From: a virus
Taxonomy: Duplodnaviria > Heunggongvirae > Uroviricota > Caudoviricetes
Strand: one strand, 5' to 3'
Virus record (IMG/VR): IMGVR_UViG_3300029708_000226
Length of the DNA stretch: 64,000 nucleotides
Shown here: positions 36,764-46,742 of the stretch, in pieces
Layout: each line of letters begins with the position of its first letter
Position numbering within the stretch: the first letter of the stretch is position 1
Notes under the pieces: model-generated
What the model was told of the DNA's origin: nothing
Database searches by the model: none
The model's input: the letters and a program-made list of their open reading frames with translations, nothing else
Made by a program: the position numbers and the translations under genes

Positions 36764-36838
36764 CTCCAACGGGATTTGAACCCGTGTTATTCCTGCGTGA
36801 CAGGCAGGTGCCATAAACCAGCTAGGCGATGGAGCCAT
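36764..36838 (-). tRNA. tRNA-Asp (GTC)
   Basis: Anticodon arm CCTGC-CTGTCAC-GCAGG; T-loop TTCAAAT; G73. Confidence 0.6.
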
Positions 36839-36841
36839 AAT

Positions 36842-36915
36842 GCCTCGTTTCGGTTACGATCCGATCCTCTGGAGCTTCAATCCAGCGCTTCTACCAAGTT
36901 AGCTTACGAGGCTCG
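36842..36915 (-). tRNA. tRNA-Phe (GAA) with non-canonical T-loop
   Basis: GCCTCGT/ACGAGGC acceptor; loop TTGAAGC; T-loop ATCGTAA. Confidence 0.5.
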
Positions 36916-37025
36916 GTAAAGTCAGTATCGTCTTTACCGCCATAAAATCGTTTATCCATATTTTTTCAATGTCCTTTCGTATATTGTATAAATCCTGAGT
37001 GCCTGGTTCAGAATTTAAGAGCAGA

Positions 37026-37096
37026 TGACGGAACTCGAATCCGCATTTCTGACTTGGCAAGCCAGTGTATTAGCCAGCTATACGACATCTGCATGT
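37026..37096 (-). tRNA. tRNA-Gly (GCC)
   Basis: GCAGATG acceptor, U73; loop TTGCCAA; T-loop TTCGAGT. Confidence 0.6.
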
Positions 37097-37159
37097 GGGA
37101 CAAACGGAGTGCCTGGTTCCATAAGTCCCTGTTTTGTTGTATTACGGATATTTCCGTAG

Positions 37160-37232
37160 CGACCGATGCGGGATTCGAACCCACGTCTCGGGAGTGAAAT
37201 TCCCGTGACCTCGTCCTCTAGTCGAATCGGCC
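37160..37232 (-). tRNA. tRNA-Glu (TTC)
   Basis: Anticodon arm CGGGA-ATTTCAC-TCCCG; T-loop TTCGAAT. Confidence 0.5.
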
Positions 37233-37239
37233 AAATCAA

Positions 37240-37316
37240 TGGAGCATATGGGAATCGAACCCATCTGTTTTTCCTGTTTGCAAAACAGGCGACCACCCCT
37301 TGCAGTCCCATACCCC
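37240..37316 (-). tRNA. tRNA-Ala (TGC) with G3:U70
   Basis: GGGGTAT/ATGCTCC acceptor gives the G3-U70 Ala identity pair, A73; loop TTTGCAA. Confidence 0.65.
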
Positions 37317-37403
37317 ATATAATTAAAAAGACCACTAAACTAAGACAATTTCTTAATCCAGTGGTCATGATTTCATATTTCCAATCTATGCGCGGTTCCT
37401 GTT

Positions 37404-37646
37404 CTACCGGGTGCCTGTTCCGATATCTGCTGACCGCTTGAAACGGCTATGAAAAGAACCACTGAATGAATTATGTAATTGTCTGAGATACGCTATAATC
37501 GCTGAAAAAAGACTGCATTCCGGCTTACTATCGACAATAAGATCCCATCCATAATGATAATTAGAGCGCACCAAACCAAGCCCTGTTTCCAGTGCGAATG
37601 ACATCTGTGTGAACTGAGGTTTGTTTTTCATAATCATTGCTATCAT
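37404..37646 (-). CDS. Small hypothetical protein (~80 aa)
   Basis: ORF at the edge of the tRNA array; weak RBS. Confidence 0.3.
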   Translation of the reverse strand: MIAMIMKNKPQFTQMSFALETGLGLVRSNYHYGWDLIVDSKPECSLFSAIIAYLRQLHNSFSGSFHSRFKRSADIGTGTR

Positions 37647-37922
37647 GGTCTTTCTTTTCCTTTCTAAAAATTTTTGCATAAAAATACGGAGTCCAACAGC
37701 TAATCTCAGATAGAAAATCTAAGACTCGCGGCAGGCACTCCGTTCATCTACTGATACTATAACACCTACCGGAAGTATTGTCAACATATTTTTATTTCTT
37801 TTTCACTATTATTATGATAGATTTTTTATAAAAACAAAACCTCCCGAGAAATTCCCGGGAGGTCTCAAGTTAAAATAAAGGACCGCCGCTTCCGTGCATA
37901 ACAATCACTCCTTTCTTCACGT

Positions 37923-38393
37923 CTATACAAGACTGAAATTTTCTCTATCTTTCAGCAGTCTTTCACGCAGATCAGCAAGCGTATAGATCTTATTTTCGTT
38001 CAAAAAAGCATAACCGTACCGATGTCCATACATAATAACTTCGATAACGTGACAAGAATCAAGCGCAATTCCTTTCTGCGTACCCATGAACTGAAGAAAA
38101 CAACCAATGTTCGCAAAAGGTCTTTCTCCTCCAATTTCACTGAGCTGAATGCGAATTTTTTCAACTTCTTTGATATAATTTTCAATCTCGTAGTCATCAA
38201 TTATCTCGCCCTGCCATAAACCGAGTTCGTGCATTATATCCTTTGTTGTCTCGGACAGAGAATAAGTAAAATCACCGTCTACGATATAATTTATCTTCTT
38301 TTCCAGGTCCAGTTTAGACCATAATTCGCGGTAGTCTAGAAACGAAGATCTACCAATCAGTTCCTTCATTTTTTCGTTAATTTTATTTGTCAT
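37923..38393 (-). CDS. Hypothetical protein (156 aa)
   Basis: ORF; motif at 38433-38450. Confidence 0.5.
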   Translation of the reverse strand: MTNKINEKMKELIGRSSFLDYRELWSKLDLEKKINYIVDGDFTYSLSETTKDIMHELGLWQGEIIDDYEIENYIKEVEKIRIQLSEIGGERPFANIGCFLQFMGTQKGIALDSCHVIEVIMYGHRYGYAFLNENKIYTLADLRERLLKDRENFSLV

Positions 38394-38598
38394 GAATTTT
38401 TACCTCCGATTTTCTTTGATGATATTAATATGAAAGAAAAAGAGTTGGAAAAACCGATTTTGATTTTCTTGTATTAATCAAATTCCCTTATTTTATTTGT
38501 TTTACGACAATAACATGAAAAATATTCGACAAATTATACTTTTCATTTTTGCTAAATATTGATATGATGGAAATGCATCAAAGAAAAAGAGGGATAAT

Positions 38599-39567
38599 AT
38601 GGAAAAGAAAAATGAACCGAAATTATATCATATCGAAGAAATGGAAGAATATCTCAATTCAATATTACCGGATTCTTCGAACTCTTTTAAATACCTTTAT
38701 CTTAAAAAGCAGATTATGGCACATTTTTCTTTAGCAAGAAATGGCTATACTAATCGCATTTCCTCTTATACTGAAGCCAAAAGAGAAGCTTTAGATAAGC
38801 TTTGTTGTAAAATAGCTGAAGAATATGGAACAACTGAAAAAACATGGGCTCAACTGGCGAAGGAAAATGACATTAATATCTCGACAGTTCAACATTATAT
38901 TAAAAAATACGACCAAGAGCATCCAGGCTATTTTTCTCAAAAACCTAATAGAATAAATGAACATGAAATTATTGAAATGTATTTTGAGAAAAAATATACA
39001 GCCAATGAAATAGCGGAAAAATTAGGGTGTTCCGCTTCTACCGTGTGGCGCGCAATCCGCAGTTATAGAAATATACATAAGGAGTTGGAGACGGACTGTA
39101 GTTTAACAAGAAATTTTTTAAACAAAGAAGATATAGAGATTGCCTGTGCATATCTCAATACGAACAGCACTTATAAAGAAGTGGCTGCAAAGTATTCATG
39201 TAGTATTTCGACTGTCCAGTATTGCATTAAAAAATACAAGGCCGCTACGGCGAAAATGGAAGAAATTTCTCCCACTGTAGATAATAGTAATTTTGTGCGC
39301 TTGTATTTTGTAAAAAATGTTTCCATCGAGCAATTGACGGCCTATGGAAAATATTCCAGGGAAGATATAGAAAATGGTATAAAAGAATATTTGAGCGAAT
39401 TATGTAAAAAATATACGGCTGATGAATTGATTGCGGAGCAGATTATTGAGGATTACATTAATGGTGAAAAAGCACACTCTTTAGCTAAAAAATACCATAA
39501 AGCAACAACAACCGTAACGGAGATCATAGAATTATATAAAAATTCCACACAAAAAGAACCGGGATAA
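38599..39567 (+). CDS. Multi-HTH DNA-binding regulator with four or five tandem xSxSTVxxxIKKY helix-turn-helix units
   Basis: ISTVQHYIKKY, ASTVWRAIRSY, ISTVQYCIKKY, TTVTEIIELYK; plus-strand, divergently placed; AT-rich upstream region with TATGAT; terminator at 39575-39597. Confidence 0.65.
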   Translation: MEKKNEPKLYHIEEMEEYLNSILPDSSNSFKYLYLKKQIMAHFSLARNGYTNRISSYTEAKREALDKLCCKIAEEYGTTEKTWAQLAKENDINISTVQHYIKKYDQEHPGYFSQKPNRINEHEIIEMYFEKKYTANEIAEKLGCSASTVWRAIRSYRNIHKELETDCSLTRNFLNKEDIEIACAYLNTNSTYKEVAAKYSCSISTVQYCIKKYKAATAKMEEISPTVDNSNFVRLYFVKNVSIEQLTAYGKYSREDIENGIKEYLSELCKKYTADELIAEQIIEDYINGEKAHSLAKKYHKATTTVTEIIELYKNSTQKEPG

Positions 39568-39650
39568 AATCCGGTTCTTTTCATCTTAAGGTACTGCGCA
39601 ATCTTGTCAATAAAGATAAATGATTCTCGCGTGTAAATCCCAAATCGACT

Positions 39651-41083
39651 TTAATCGCTCAGAGAGGTATCACCAGGTATCCAATTCTCTTCTGCTTTCT
39701 TCCTGAATTTCGGTGCTACCGTCTCTTTATAAAACGCGGATTCTGAAGCCATAGCCATATCAATGATCCAGAATTCATCTCCGTTTTGCATCACGTCGAT
39801 CGACCACTGACCGCTTAAATTAACGTCCGGCAGCAGTTCTTCGATTTCTTTCACAACGAGGCTTTTGTTTGATACATATTTCCGATACAATTCTTTTTCA
39901 TGTATAGAATAAATAACATAATCATGCCGGTCATGGATATTAGAATTACGTGCAAAACGTTTTTTCATTGTTTCTGCGTCCCAGTAGGCATGAATGCCAA
40001 GTACCATGTCTATATCAAAGTCAACGAATATGCGATATTCTGTATGAAGCGGCAGCCCTTTGTAAATAGTGGGATTATTCTCCTTATCCTGAATAAATTC
40101 GCGGACCACCCATTCATTTGTTGTAGAAACACCGTAAATAGGATGCGGAATTGTCGTGGGAGCAGCCATCTGCAACGCCTGCCAGTGGATAAATAACAGA
40201 TATTCTCCCAATTCCCGTACTTCTTTTGCACCAAATACATGTGCATTACGAAAATCAAATTTGGAAGAATAGGTTCCGGTTTTGATAAAATAGTCCTTAT
40301 CTTCGCTCAATTCAAATGCTTTTCTGCAGTATGCATCCACGATATCCAGTGTCGTTCTGTTGAATGACATATAATCCAGCCTCGTGAGCTGAAGTAATGT
40401 AAGCGGCACTTTAATGATTGTTGTTGCCGGGATTTTAAAAAATCCTCTGTCTAGGACTGGTCGGATCATTTGTGGCAGCCAGTACCCCATGGAATTTCTG
40501 TTACATCCGATCATATCATAGAGTCCGGAATCCATATCCAAAATATCCAGCCCCTGCCGGAACATTCCATAAAACGAAGCTGCTTTCTGTTCGTCTCCCG
40601 CTGCTTTTGCTTCCATATATTTCTGAAGCATAAGGTATACTATCTCACTGCTTGACTCTTTCATATCCTTTGCCACAAACGTTCCTGTAAACTGAGGTCT
40701 TACATCTTTTGAAATCTTGAGTAACTCTTCCTTGAGTACTTTGGCATCGGTTTCAGGAAGGCTTTTTGTATCAAGCGTCCCGTTTACTCTCTTCCCGTCA
40801 AATTTCCACACAACGGTCTGCGAGAGAAGTTCATCGACGATACGGTCAATGATATCCTGGCTGCATCCGTCTGATAGGATACCTTCTTTTTCTTCGGCGG
40901 CCTGTTTTGCATTAATATCAAAAAGATTGTCGCTGCCGTTTTCAGAATCAGCCTTTCGGTACATTTTCTCGAATTTATCAAGAAATTTCGGATCTGCTTT
41001 TAATATCCTTGCGGCTTCGTCAAGTGATAAAGTCTTTGTGTTTTTGCGTTTTTGCAGAAATATCTTCTCTAAAAAGTTCACTT
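39651..41083 (-). CDS. Large hypothetical protein (~477 aa) with GTG start
   Basis: The ORF-track start at 41222 lies inside the upstream terminator and promoter motif (AAAATCTCCCTTCGGGGAGATTTT, then TTCTGACATATTAATA, then AGGAGG, then GTG at 41081-41083), so the start was moved. Confidence 0.55.
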
Positions 41084-41161
41084 TCTCTTCCTCCTGTTTT
41101 CTAATTTCTATTAATATGTCAGAATTGGGATATAGAAAAATCTCCCCGAAGGGAGATTTTC

Positions 41162-43222
41162 TTAATTGTGTGTTGATAAACATGACCTCGTTATTTGCAA
41201 TAAAAACTTGCATTTTTCGCATTTCTTACACAAGTCAAAACCTCTGCTCTGTCCTTTGCAAGTACCAACGGCATTCTCTACAGTCGCTTTTTCCGTTGTC
41301 GCATTTATGAAATGACTTCTCTCGTAACATCTCGGTAATCCGCTTTTCCAGAAAGATTCTCTTGCGACACCGGCCTCGTCCTGGCAACCGTAGGTTTCTT
41401 CTACACTCAAAACCACCGCAAAGACAAATTCTTCCTCATTGTAGTGATCTTTAACAGCCCAATCCATCGGATCGTAGTTGTCGAGCAGATGATTTCCCTG
41501 ATGATAGAGACCATAATTATAATGCCGGAGTTCTTCAGGAAGTTCCGAAACCGTAACGTTACATAATTTTGCGAGTTCTTCCGCCGTTCTCGCCTGGAAC
41601 GTCAACACCACGGAAGGTTTCTTGCCGGTAAAATAGCTCTTATAATAAGCTTTTACCCAGTTATTTTTCCCTCTGTGAAATACCTTCGTATAACCATAAA
41701 GACCATTTTCGTAAAACGCATCAAAAGTTCCTTTTTCCATGGGAATTTCGTCGCGGAAACCCGCAAGAATTGTTTCTCTCAAACTTCTCCCAAACATCTC
41801 GGTGATGGTCCTTATTATAGAATTATGGTTATGTTCATAATCCTTTTCTTCCATGTCTGCGATCGCTTTTGCAATATTGTATCTGGCGAGCCAGCTCTGA
41901 TCGTATTTAAGCTCCTTTTCCGTCCGCAGGTCGTTCAGATTTATGGATTCGTATCTCGGAATGATTTTTGTTTTCCAGTCATTTGTTTTACTATTTTCAG
42001 GAAGCAACATAAATTCGTTATCTCTTCCGTCTACGAGATCCATTATTTTTGGATTTATCTTATTAATATATCTCTCGATAAGATAATCGTATAAATGCTG
42101 TGAAGGATGACTGTCATATTCCAACCCATTTGTGTCATCGAGAGTCGGAGTCGTGAGGGTAATTAATGGGATAGTGCCGGCAGCAACGATCTCTTTTCTT
42201 CCGTTGTCTTCCAAACCTGGACAGATAATATTTGCCTTGCAGTAGGATAATTCCGGACAGGATATTTTTTCGTCATAGAATTTTTCTTTGATCAGCTGGA
42301 ACATGTAAACAGTCCAGAAGGCTTCGCACTGATCCATGGATTTCAAAGTGCCGATTTTTACTCTGACGGCATCATCTTCTATGATGTTAGATAGCTCCGC
42401 ATCTGTTTCACTTACACCGTATCGGCTGCCGCCCCACAGATCACTTATATCAATTCCTGAAAGCGACGAATAAGGGAACCAGTTGCCTTCGATACGCCTG
42501 CTCATATCTCTTCCAGGACATCTTGAAAAATTTCTCTGAATCGGATACTTGTGGATGGGCCGATCAGATAAAATATAAAGATTTTCACCGTTTCTGATCA
42601 GAAATGCGAAATAACTTTCATCTATATTTTTTTCATTCCTGATATAACATAGAGATACACCGGTGATGACTCCTTTTGCCGCATAACGAATCACGTCGCT
42701 GATGCTTCTGTACATATAGATTTCGTTGGAAGCTTTAAAGGACGTTTCGTCAAATCTGCCTTTAGCAATCTGATCAAGTTTTAATCCCTTATTAACACAA
42801 TGCTTTGCAGATGTGACAATATCCATGATATTTTCTGCGTTAAGTCTATCGGATTCCAAATCATAGAAATCTAATGCAGATTTTGTATTTCTGATGATCT
42901 CCTCTTCTGCTCCCGTTTCCAGGATTGCCTGATACAATTTTTTGCAATCTTCAGCCAATTCCTGCATTTCTGTATTTAAAATAATATCCATTAAGGAAAC
43001 GGTCTTTTCTTTGATAAATTTCTTGAAATAGATACCAAGATAAGCTTCTGCAAATAATCCAGTCTCATCAATCTGAAGCACCTCTTTGATCTTATCGTCC
43101 ATAACTTTGATGTCGTAATCAGATAATTTCCCGGACAGATTGATTGAAAAAGAAGTTTTTTCTTCACTGGGATCCAATCCCGTGATCTTCACCCATAAAT
43201 TCAGTTTTTCTTTTAATGTCAT
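41162..43222 (-). CDS. Large hypothetical protein (~686 aa) with Cys-rich C-terminus
   Basis: Start refined to MTLKEKLNLW (RBS AAGGAGA); no family recognised. Confidence 0.55.
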   Translation of the reverse strand: MTLKEKLNLWVKITGLDPSEEKTSFSINLSGKLSDYDIKVMDDKIKEVLQIDETGLFAEAYLGIYFKKFIKEKTVSLMDIILNTEMQELAEDCKKLYQAILETGAEEEIIRNTKSALDFYDLESDRLNAENIMDIVTSAKHCVNKGLKLDQIAKGRFDETSFKASNEIYMYRSISDVIRYAAKGVITGVSLCYIRNEKNIDESYFAFLIRNGENLYILSDRPIHKYPIQRNFSRCPGRDMSRRIEGNWFPYSSLSGIDISDLWGGSRYGVSETDAELSNIIEDDAVRVKIGTLKSMDQCEAFWTVYMFQLIKEKFYDEKISCPELSYCKANIICPGLEDNGRKEIVAAGTIPLITLTTPTLDDTNGLEYDSHPSQHLYDYLIERYINKINPKIMDLVDGRDNEFMLLPENSKTNDWKTKIIPRYESINLNDLRTEKELKYDQSWLARYNIAKAIADMEEKDYEHNHNSIIRTITEMFGRSLRETILAGFRDEIPMEKGTFDAFYENGLYGYTKVFHRGKNNWVKAYYKSYFTGKKPSVVLTFQARTAEELAKLCNVTVSELPEELRHYNYGLYHQGNHLLDNYDPMDWAVKDHYNEEEFVFAVVLSVEETYGCQDEAGVARESFWKSGLPRCYERSHFINATTEKATVENAVGTCKGQSRGFDLCKKCEKCKFLLQITRSCLSTHN

Positions 43223-43233
43223 ATTTTTTCTCC

Positions 43234-43752
43234 TTATAAAATACCTGCGAATCTCAATACCTTGTTGCAATCAAGCTCATAAATATGAGAGTCCCAGTCG
43301 TCTCCCGGTTGCGTTTTCTGTACCGCAATCGGACATTTACAGACGGCGTCGAAATTCTTTACAAGCCAGTCATAAACATATTGATTCTGACCATTCCAGA
43401 TATACTCGATATGAGCCGGAATACCAAAAATGGTTTTCATGTCGCGTATGGCTGATGCAAGAACAACTGTACCAATTCCACGGTTTTTATAGCCATCTTC
43501 TGTAAACCATGCAGGAATTACCCAAGTATTTGCATCATTGCTCTTCTTGTGCATCTCGCAGTGGCAGATAATATCATCTCCTGCCTTTGCAATGTATTCG
43601 AGCAATCCATTCTCTTCGTCTAAAAATCCGCAGCAGATAGTGATCCGGCGAAGATTATTTCTTTCCTCAAATTTCTTCAAGGATTTTTCATTTTCTTCAA
43701 ACACTGTTTTATTGTGTTCGCTGTGATCAAAATAATATGTGGATTTTGTCAT
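43234..43752 (-). CDS. GNAT-family N-acetyltransferase-like protein
   Basis: YKNRGIGTVVLASAI resembles the acetyl-CoA-binding motif A (R/Q-x-x-G-x-G/A). Confidence 0.5.
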   Translation of the reverse strand: MTKSTYYFDHSEHNKTVFEENEKSLKKFEERNNLRRITICCGFLDEENGLLEYIAKAGDDIICHCEMHKKSNDANTWVIPAWFTEDGYKNRGIGTVVLASAIRDMKTIFGIPAHIEYIWNGQNQYVYDWLVKNFDAVCKCPIAVQKTQPGDDWDSHIYELDCNKVLRFAGIL

Positions 43753-43986
43753 TGTGTATCTCGCCCTTCGCGCTTCCCATGAATCTAATACATCTGTTGT
43801 TGTATTATAATGTTTTATTTCACAGGCTTGAATTTCATTGCGATCAAGAGATTTTTTTCACATACTTCACATTCATATTGCGAAATCATTCTTCGTATCA
43901 TCTTCTTCTCCCTCTTTCTTTAATTTGACAGTATTAATATGATAGATAAGAAGGTGCGAAAAATCCTCCCCTAAGGGAGGATCTTG

Positions 43987-44682
43987 TTAATTTTTTAATT
44001 CCTCGTAATGTTCCGTTAATTCCCCATTCAGCGCTTTTCCATCCTCACCGAACAACATCTTCAACTGGAACGGAAGTCCGATCTCTTTGTCGGAAGCATT
44101 TGTTATAGCTTTTTTAATTTCATCCATGCGTTTGCTGTATTCGCAGCCGGTCTTTTCTTCGGCAATCTTCACCAGTTTTTCCAGGAGTTCGTCAGTGGGC
44201 GTATTTTCCGGTGGATTCATCATCGGTGTCTCCTCTTCCTTTGCTGCAACCGGTTCCGAATCTTCATTTTTCAACTCTTTTACACCTTTCGGTTCAGCTG
44301 TTTTTCTCGGAGTTCTCGGTTTCGATGCTTTTTTATCGGAATTTTTTGCGGCAGCAGCCATGGATAAAAGCTCAATCTCCTGCTCTTTCGCAAAATCCGC
44401 CATATCCCTGGGCACAGAGGAAATAGTGCATACACGCGATTCTTTCCGCTCCTTTAACATCCCGAGAACAAACAACAATGTATCTCTTTTCTCGGGAAGC
44501 GCCGTAGAAAGATCCAGTTTATCATCCGGAATAGGCAGCTGGCGAAGCTTGTTATATTCGCTGATCCGCAGTTCAGTTCCAAGGACTGTGAACTTATCGA
44601 ACATAGACGGGAGTTTTTTGTTTTCTTTAATCAGATCTGATAATTTCTGGATTTCGTCGCTCCAAATAAGCAATGTTGACAT
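43987..44682 (-). CDS. Hypothetical protein (231 aa) with a Lys/Pro/Glu-rich disordered centre
   Basis: ORF. Confidence 0.5.
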   Translation of the reverse strand: MSTLLIWSDEIQKLSDLIKENKKLPSMFDKFTVLGTELRISEYNKLRQLPIPDDKLDLSTALPEKRDTLLFVLGMLKERKESRVCTISSVPRDMADFAKEQEIELLSMAAAAKNSDKKASKPRTPRKTAEPKGVKELKNEDSEPVAAKEEETPMMNPPENTPTDELLEKLVKIAEEKTGCEYSKRMDEIKKAITNASDKEIGLPFQLKMLFGEDGKALNGELTEHYEELKN

Positions 44683-44781
44683 ATGTTATACCTCCTTCTT
44701 TTAATATTATTATGACAGATTTTTTATGGAACGGAAATTTCTGCACAAAAAAGAGCGAATAATACATTCGCTCTTCTCATA

Positions 44782-45057
44782 TCAGGCAATAGACAAAATT
44801 TCAAATTTCTCGTTAAATGTTGCGACCATAGAGGTTCTTTCGGTTTTGTCATTCCATGCGCCCAGGTCATTGCCATATTCATCTTCGGTCACGGTTTTTA
44901 AGACACGATCGAAATGAACGGTGAATTCTCCGGTAACTTCATCCGGGAGGATGTTAGATATAGCTATATCCTCGTAATAATGTACACCACGATAGTTTTC
45001 ATAATCATTATCTATTCCGAATTTTATTCTCAGTTTGTTTTTTATTTTCTCTTCCAT
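44782..45057 (-). CDS. Hypothetical protein (91 aa)
   Basis: ORF; motif at 45089-45106. Confidence 0.5.
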   Translation of the reverse strand: MEEKIKNKLRIKFGIDNDYENYRGVHYYEDIAISNILPDEVTGEFTVHFDRVLKTVTEDEYGNDLGAWNDKTERTSMVATFNEKFEILSIA

Positions 45058-45117
45058 AAAAAATTCCTCCGATTTTCATTTTTATTATTATGAAAGAAAA
45101 TAAACGCAAATTTCCAT

Positions 45118-45146
45118 TGACAAGCAGAACATATGTTTGTATAGTA
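45118..45146 (+). promoter_or_regulatory. Canonical sigma-70/sigma-A promoter TTGACA-N17-TATAGT
   Basis: TTGACAagcagaacatatgtttgTATAGT, followed by GGAGGG RBS and ATGATG. Confidence 0.55.
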
Positions 45147-45164
45147 TTTACGGAGGGATTTATA

Positions 45165-45443
45165 ATGATGATTTCAGATTCTGTTTTCGATGCCAAACAT
45201 ATACGCTGCGTTCCGGTCATTGCCGTATTTTCGACTTCTGGTGCTATTAAGCCATTATATGTGACAATTAATTGGATAAAATTCAAAATAGAAAACTACA
45301 CTGTCCAAAACAATGCATTCGGAGATAACTGGATCTATTTCCTGTGCAATGTTATGGACGGCAATAAAAAGAAACAAATCAAACTGCAATACAATCTGTC
45401 AGAGCACGCCTGGTTCGTGGACGCCAAATATCTCAGCTCATAA
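45165..45443 (+). CDS. Hypothetical protein (~92 aa, MMISDSVFDAKHIRC...), a lone plus-strand gene
   Basis: The track ORF 45090..45443 begins inside the minus-gene promoter motif; the real start is likely the ATGATG after the GGAGGG RBS. Confidence 0.5.
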   Translation: MMISDSVFDAKHIRCVPVIAVFSTSGAIKPLYVTINWIKFKIENYTVQNNAFGDNWIYFLCNVMDGNKKKQIKLQYNLSEHAWFVDAKYLSS

Positions 45444-45445
45444 GA

Positions 45446-45697
45446 CTATGCCGCACATATTCCGACATAACCACAACCATGTATAACTTTATATCTGTCA
45501 TCTTTCTCAAAACAGAAATCCAGACTTTCTTCGGGACACTCTTCCGGATCAATCCATCCGGTCCGGTTTGCTCGCATGATCGTCCCATCTTCGCACCGCC
45601 AGATAATATCTCCTTTTTCGAAAGTTGTGTCCGTACTACTTTTCGTCACCTTATACACAACATTTTTCTCCATTACTGCTTTTCTCCTGTATTCCAC
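45446..45697 (-). CDS. Hypothetical protein (83 aa)
   Basis: ORF. Confidence 0.45.
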   Translation of the reverse strand: MEYRRKAVMEKNVVYKVTKSSTDTTFEKGDIIWRCEDGTIMRANRTGWIDPEECPEESLDFCFEKDDRYKVIHGCGYVGICAA

Positions 45698-46218
45698 GGA
45701 GCGACAATACCCAGAAGTTTCAAATAAGCATATACTTCTTTATATCCGCCTATCCCGAACATACAAATCTTATTCAGATTTCCGTAGTCGATAATATCGC
45801 CCACGGTTTTGATTCCGGCACGACGAAGAACGCTATAAGTTCGGTGGGAAAATTCGAAATCCTCCAGGGTCAAATTCCGCTTTTCTTCCATAGATAAAGA
45901 TGCGTAGGTTTTCTTTTTCTCGATCCAGTGATTCAAACCGTAGCACAAAAGCTCCGGACGATAGGCACGGCGCATATATGCAATAAAAATACGGATGCGG
46001 TTCGTAACAGTTTCCGGTATGATGCCATCCTCTTCCGCAATCTTTTCAATAGACTCTCCGTACATATAGTGCCTGATAACAGTGTTTGTAATCGTTTCCG
46101 GGACATCAGCGGCGGCATAGCGTAGCGCTTCATCAAAATCCTTACATGGCGTAATATCCTCTTTAAATATTTGACGGTACAATTCTTCCTGCCAGGTTTT
46201 ATTGTATTTCTCTGCCAT
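45673..46218 (-). CDS. Transcription-factor-like protein: sigma-70 region-4-type HTH plus an RNA polymerase alpha-CTD-like HhH domain
   Basis: ESIEKIAEEDGIIPETVTNRIRIFIAYMRR (sigma region 4-like); LEDFEFSHRTYSVLRRAGIKTVGDII matches the alpha-CTD consensus LxELxLSVRSxNCLKRAGIxTVGDL. Confidence 0.6.
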   Translation of the reverse strand: MAEKYNKTWQEELYRQIFKEDITPCKDFDEALRYAAADVPETITNTVIRHYMYGESIEKIAEEDGIIPETVTNRIRIFIAYMRRAYRPELLCYGLNHWIEKKKTYASLSMEEKRNLTLEDFEFSHRTYSVLRRAGIKTVGDIIDYGNLNKICMFGIGGYKEVYAYLKLLGIVAPWNTGEKQ

Positions 46219-46489
46219 TTTCTTCCTCCCCGATCACGTTTCCTCGGATAACATTTTCCTCGGACATCACATTGATCTTTTGCCCACAGTACTTACAGAA
46301 ACGGTCCTCTTTTCCAATCTTATTTTCGCATGCCGGACACTTTCTGACAACAATTTTCTTCCCAGCCCGTTCATATTTGCGAATGATCGGACTTTTAGCC
46401 ACGTCTCTTCCGTTTTTACATTTCAGGATCTTTTCATCAGTAGCGATCCGGATCTGGTCGCTTTCCCAGTCGAGCCCTCTCCAATCCAC
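46199..46489 (-). CDS. Zinc-ribbon protein (96 aa)
   Basis: CPACENK...CKYCGQK. Confidence 0.5.
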   Translation of the reverse strand: MDWRGLDWESDQIRIATDEKILKCKNGRDVAKSPIIRKYERAGKKIVVRKCPACENKIGKEDRFCKYCGQKINVMSEENVIRGNVIGEEENGREIQ

Positions 46490-46653
46490 GCAGCGTACAC
46501 AAAGGCGCGGCCGCCAATGCTCCTGTCCGCGGTTGTGATCATGATCGGCGTGTCTTTCCTCATCTTTTTGATCCGCAGCATTCTCGATGCCGCATCGTAG
46601 AGTTCCTGCAATGTTAAAATATGCGGCTCTACGGGCGAACTATTTTTATCCAT
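46423..46653 (-). CDS. Hypothetical protein (76 aa)
   Basis: ORF. Confidence 0.4.
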   Translation of the reverse strand: MDKNSSPVEPHILTLQELYDAASRMLRIKKMRKDTPIMITTADRSIGGRAFVYAAWIGEGSTGKATRSGSLLMKRS

Positions 46654-46742
46654 AACGAATCTCCTTCTAATACTATTATGAATGATTTTACGGGAAACGA
46701 AAATACCTGCACAGAAAAAGCCGACAATATGCCGGCTTTTTC

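Noticed and set aside
33000-37400. ORF-track entries overlapping the tRNA array (32906..33139, 33334..33555, 33535..33780, 34457..34765, 34987..35211, 35076..35435, 35891..36142, 36015..36215, 36161..36349, 36248..36604, 36728..36919, 37078..37368, 37166..37441)
   Set aside because: They overlap well-formed tRNA genes on the minus strand, lack RBSs, and have tRNA-driven composition. These are spurious.
41084-41222. N-terminal 47 codons of ORF 39651..41222 and the apparent 60-nt overlap with 41162..43270
   Set aside because: This stretch contains the upstream gene's terminator hairpin and the cassette promoter motif, followed by AGGAGG and a GTG start. The overlap is an artefact of taking the first ATG.
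45090-45164. ORF-track start of the plus-strand gene at 45090 (MKENKRK...)
   Set aside because: That ATG is the ATGAAAGAAAA core of the conserved promoter motif serving the minus-strand gene 44782..45057. A sigma-A promoter and a GGAGGG RBS place the real start at 45165.
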